64,000 bases of DNA from a virus: positions 14,685 to 78,684 of the IMG/VR virus record IMGVR_UViG_3300028007_000001; one strand, written 5' to 3'. Positions 63,790 to 64,000 of the stretch are shown one piece after another. The notes beneath the pieces were generated by a model. It searched no databases and was not told the origin of the DNA. It was given only the letters and a program-made list of their open reading frames with translations. Each line of letters begins with the position of its first letter. Position 1 is the stretch's first letter. The position numbers and the translations under genes were made by a program.

Positions 63790-64000
63790 CATCACTCACT
63801 CCCTTCTTCCAAACTTTCCACGTGCCAGTCATCGAGGTTCGTGAATCGGTGACTGATCTCCATGCAGTTGACTACGGGCTTCTCCACCGAGCACCGCTCC
63901 ACCTTGACCCTCTCCATCGAGCCTTGGCAGTTCGGGCACACGACCTGATCAGGAACCTCGGGATCGAGGTACCCACACTCACGGCAGAGAGTTCCGATCT
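63790..64000 (-). CDS. zinc-ribbon protein, C-terminal part (runs off window edge)
   Basis: Manual translation CRECGYLD...VCPNCQGSM; coordinates approximate. Confidence 0.45.

Noticed and set aside
1-64000. Integrase, attP, tRNA genes, DNA-modification (PurZ, queuosine, methyltransferase) genes
   Set aside because: None recognised in this window; they may lie in the unseen part of the genome

Overview
This window is part of a GC-rich, long-tailed siphovirus-type phage genome, almost certainly infecting Actinomycetota (two WhiB genes, an McdR/Rv1830-like MerR protein, leaderless genes). Repeats in the endolysin tail suggest an Acidimicrobiia host. Layout: (i) 1-5281, minus arm, with an SNF2 helicase (truncated) and an amidoligase / class-II glutamine amidotransferase / gamma-glutamylcyclotransferase module; (ii) 5.4-23 kb, an early/accessory region with an isolated terminase-small-like gene, a divergent promoter pair, a ~440-nt highly structured non-coding transcript, many microproteins, three repeat-dense non-coding blocks, a second divergent amidoligase+GATase pair, HD hydrolase, nucleotidyltransferase, WhiB, sigma factor and RHH protein; (iii) 23.2-53.6 kb, a complete plus-strand virion and lysis module (TerL, portal, protease/scaffold, capsid, head fibres, tail tube, chaperones with a probable +1 frameshift, 1790-aa tape measure, tail tip, papain-like protease, amidase, holins); (iv) 53.7-64 kb, minus arm, with MerR, RuvC-like, WhiB, Cas4-like, Hjc-like, RecA and DnaE. 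I saw no integrase, tRNA or CRISPR array. The strongest leads are the structured RNA at ~8134-8570, the twin amidoligase/GATase systems, several families of repeated cis-motifs (TCCGAATTCGGA, GAAA-N-TTTC in promoter spacers, TACGTAKGTA before late genes) and apparent genome-wide avoidance of AGCT and CGCG. All calls come from manual motif reading; no database searches were run and motif counts are by eye.
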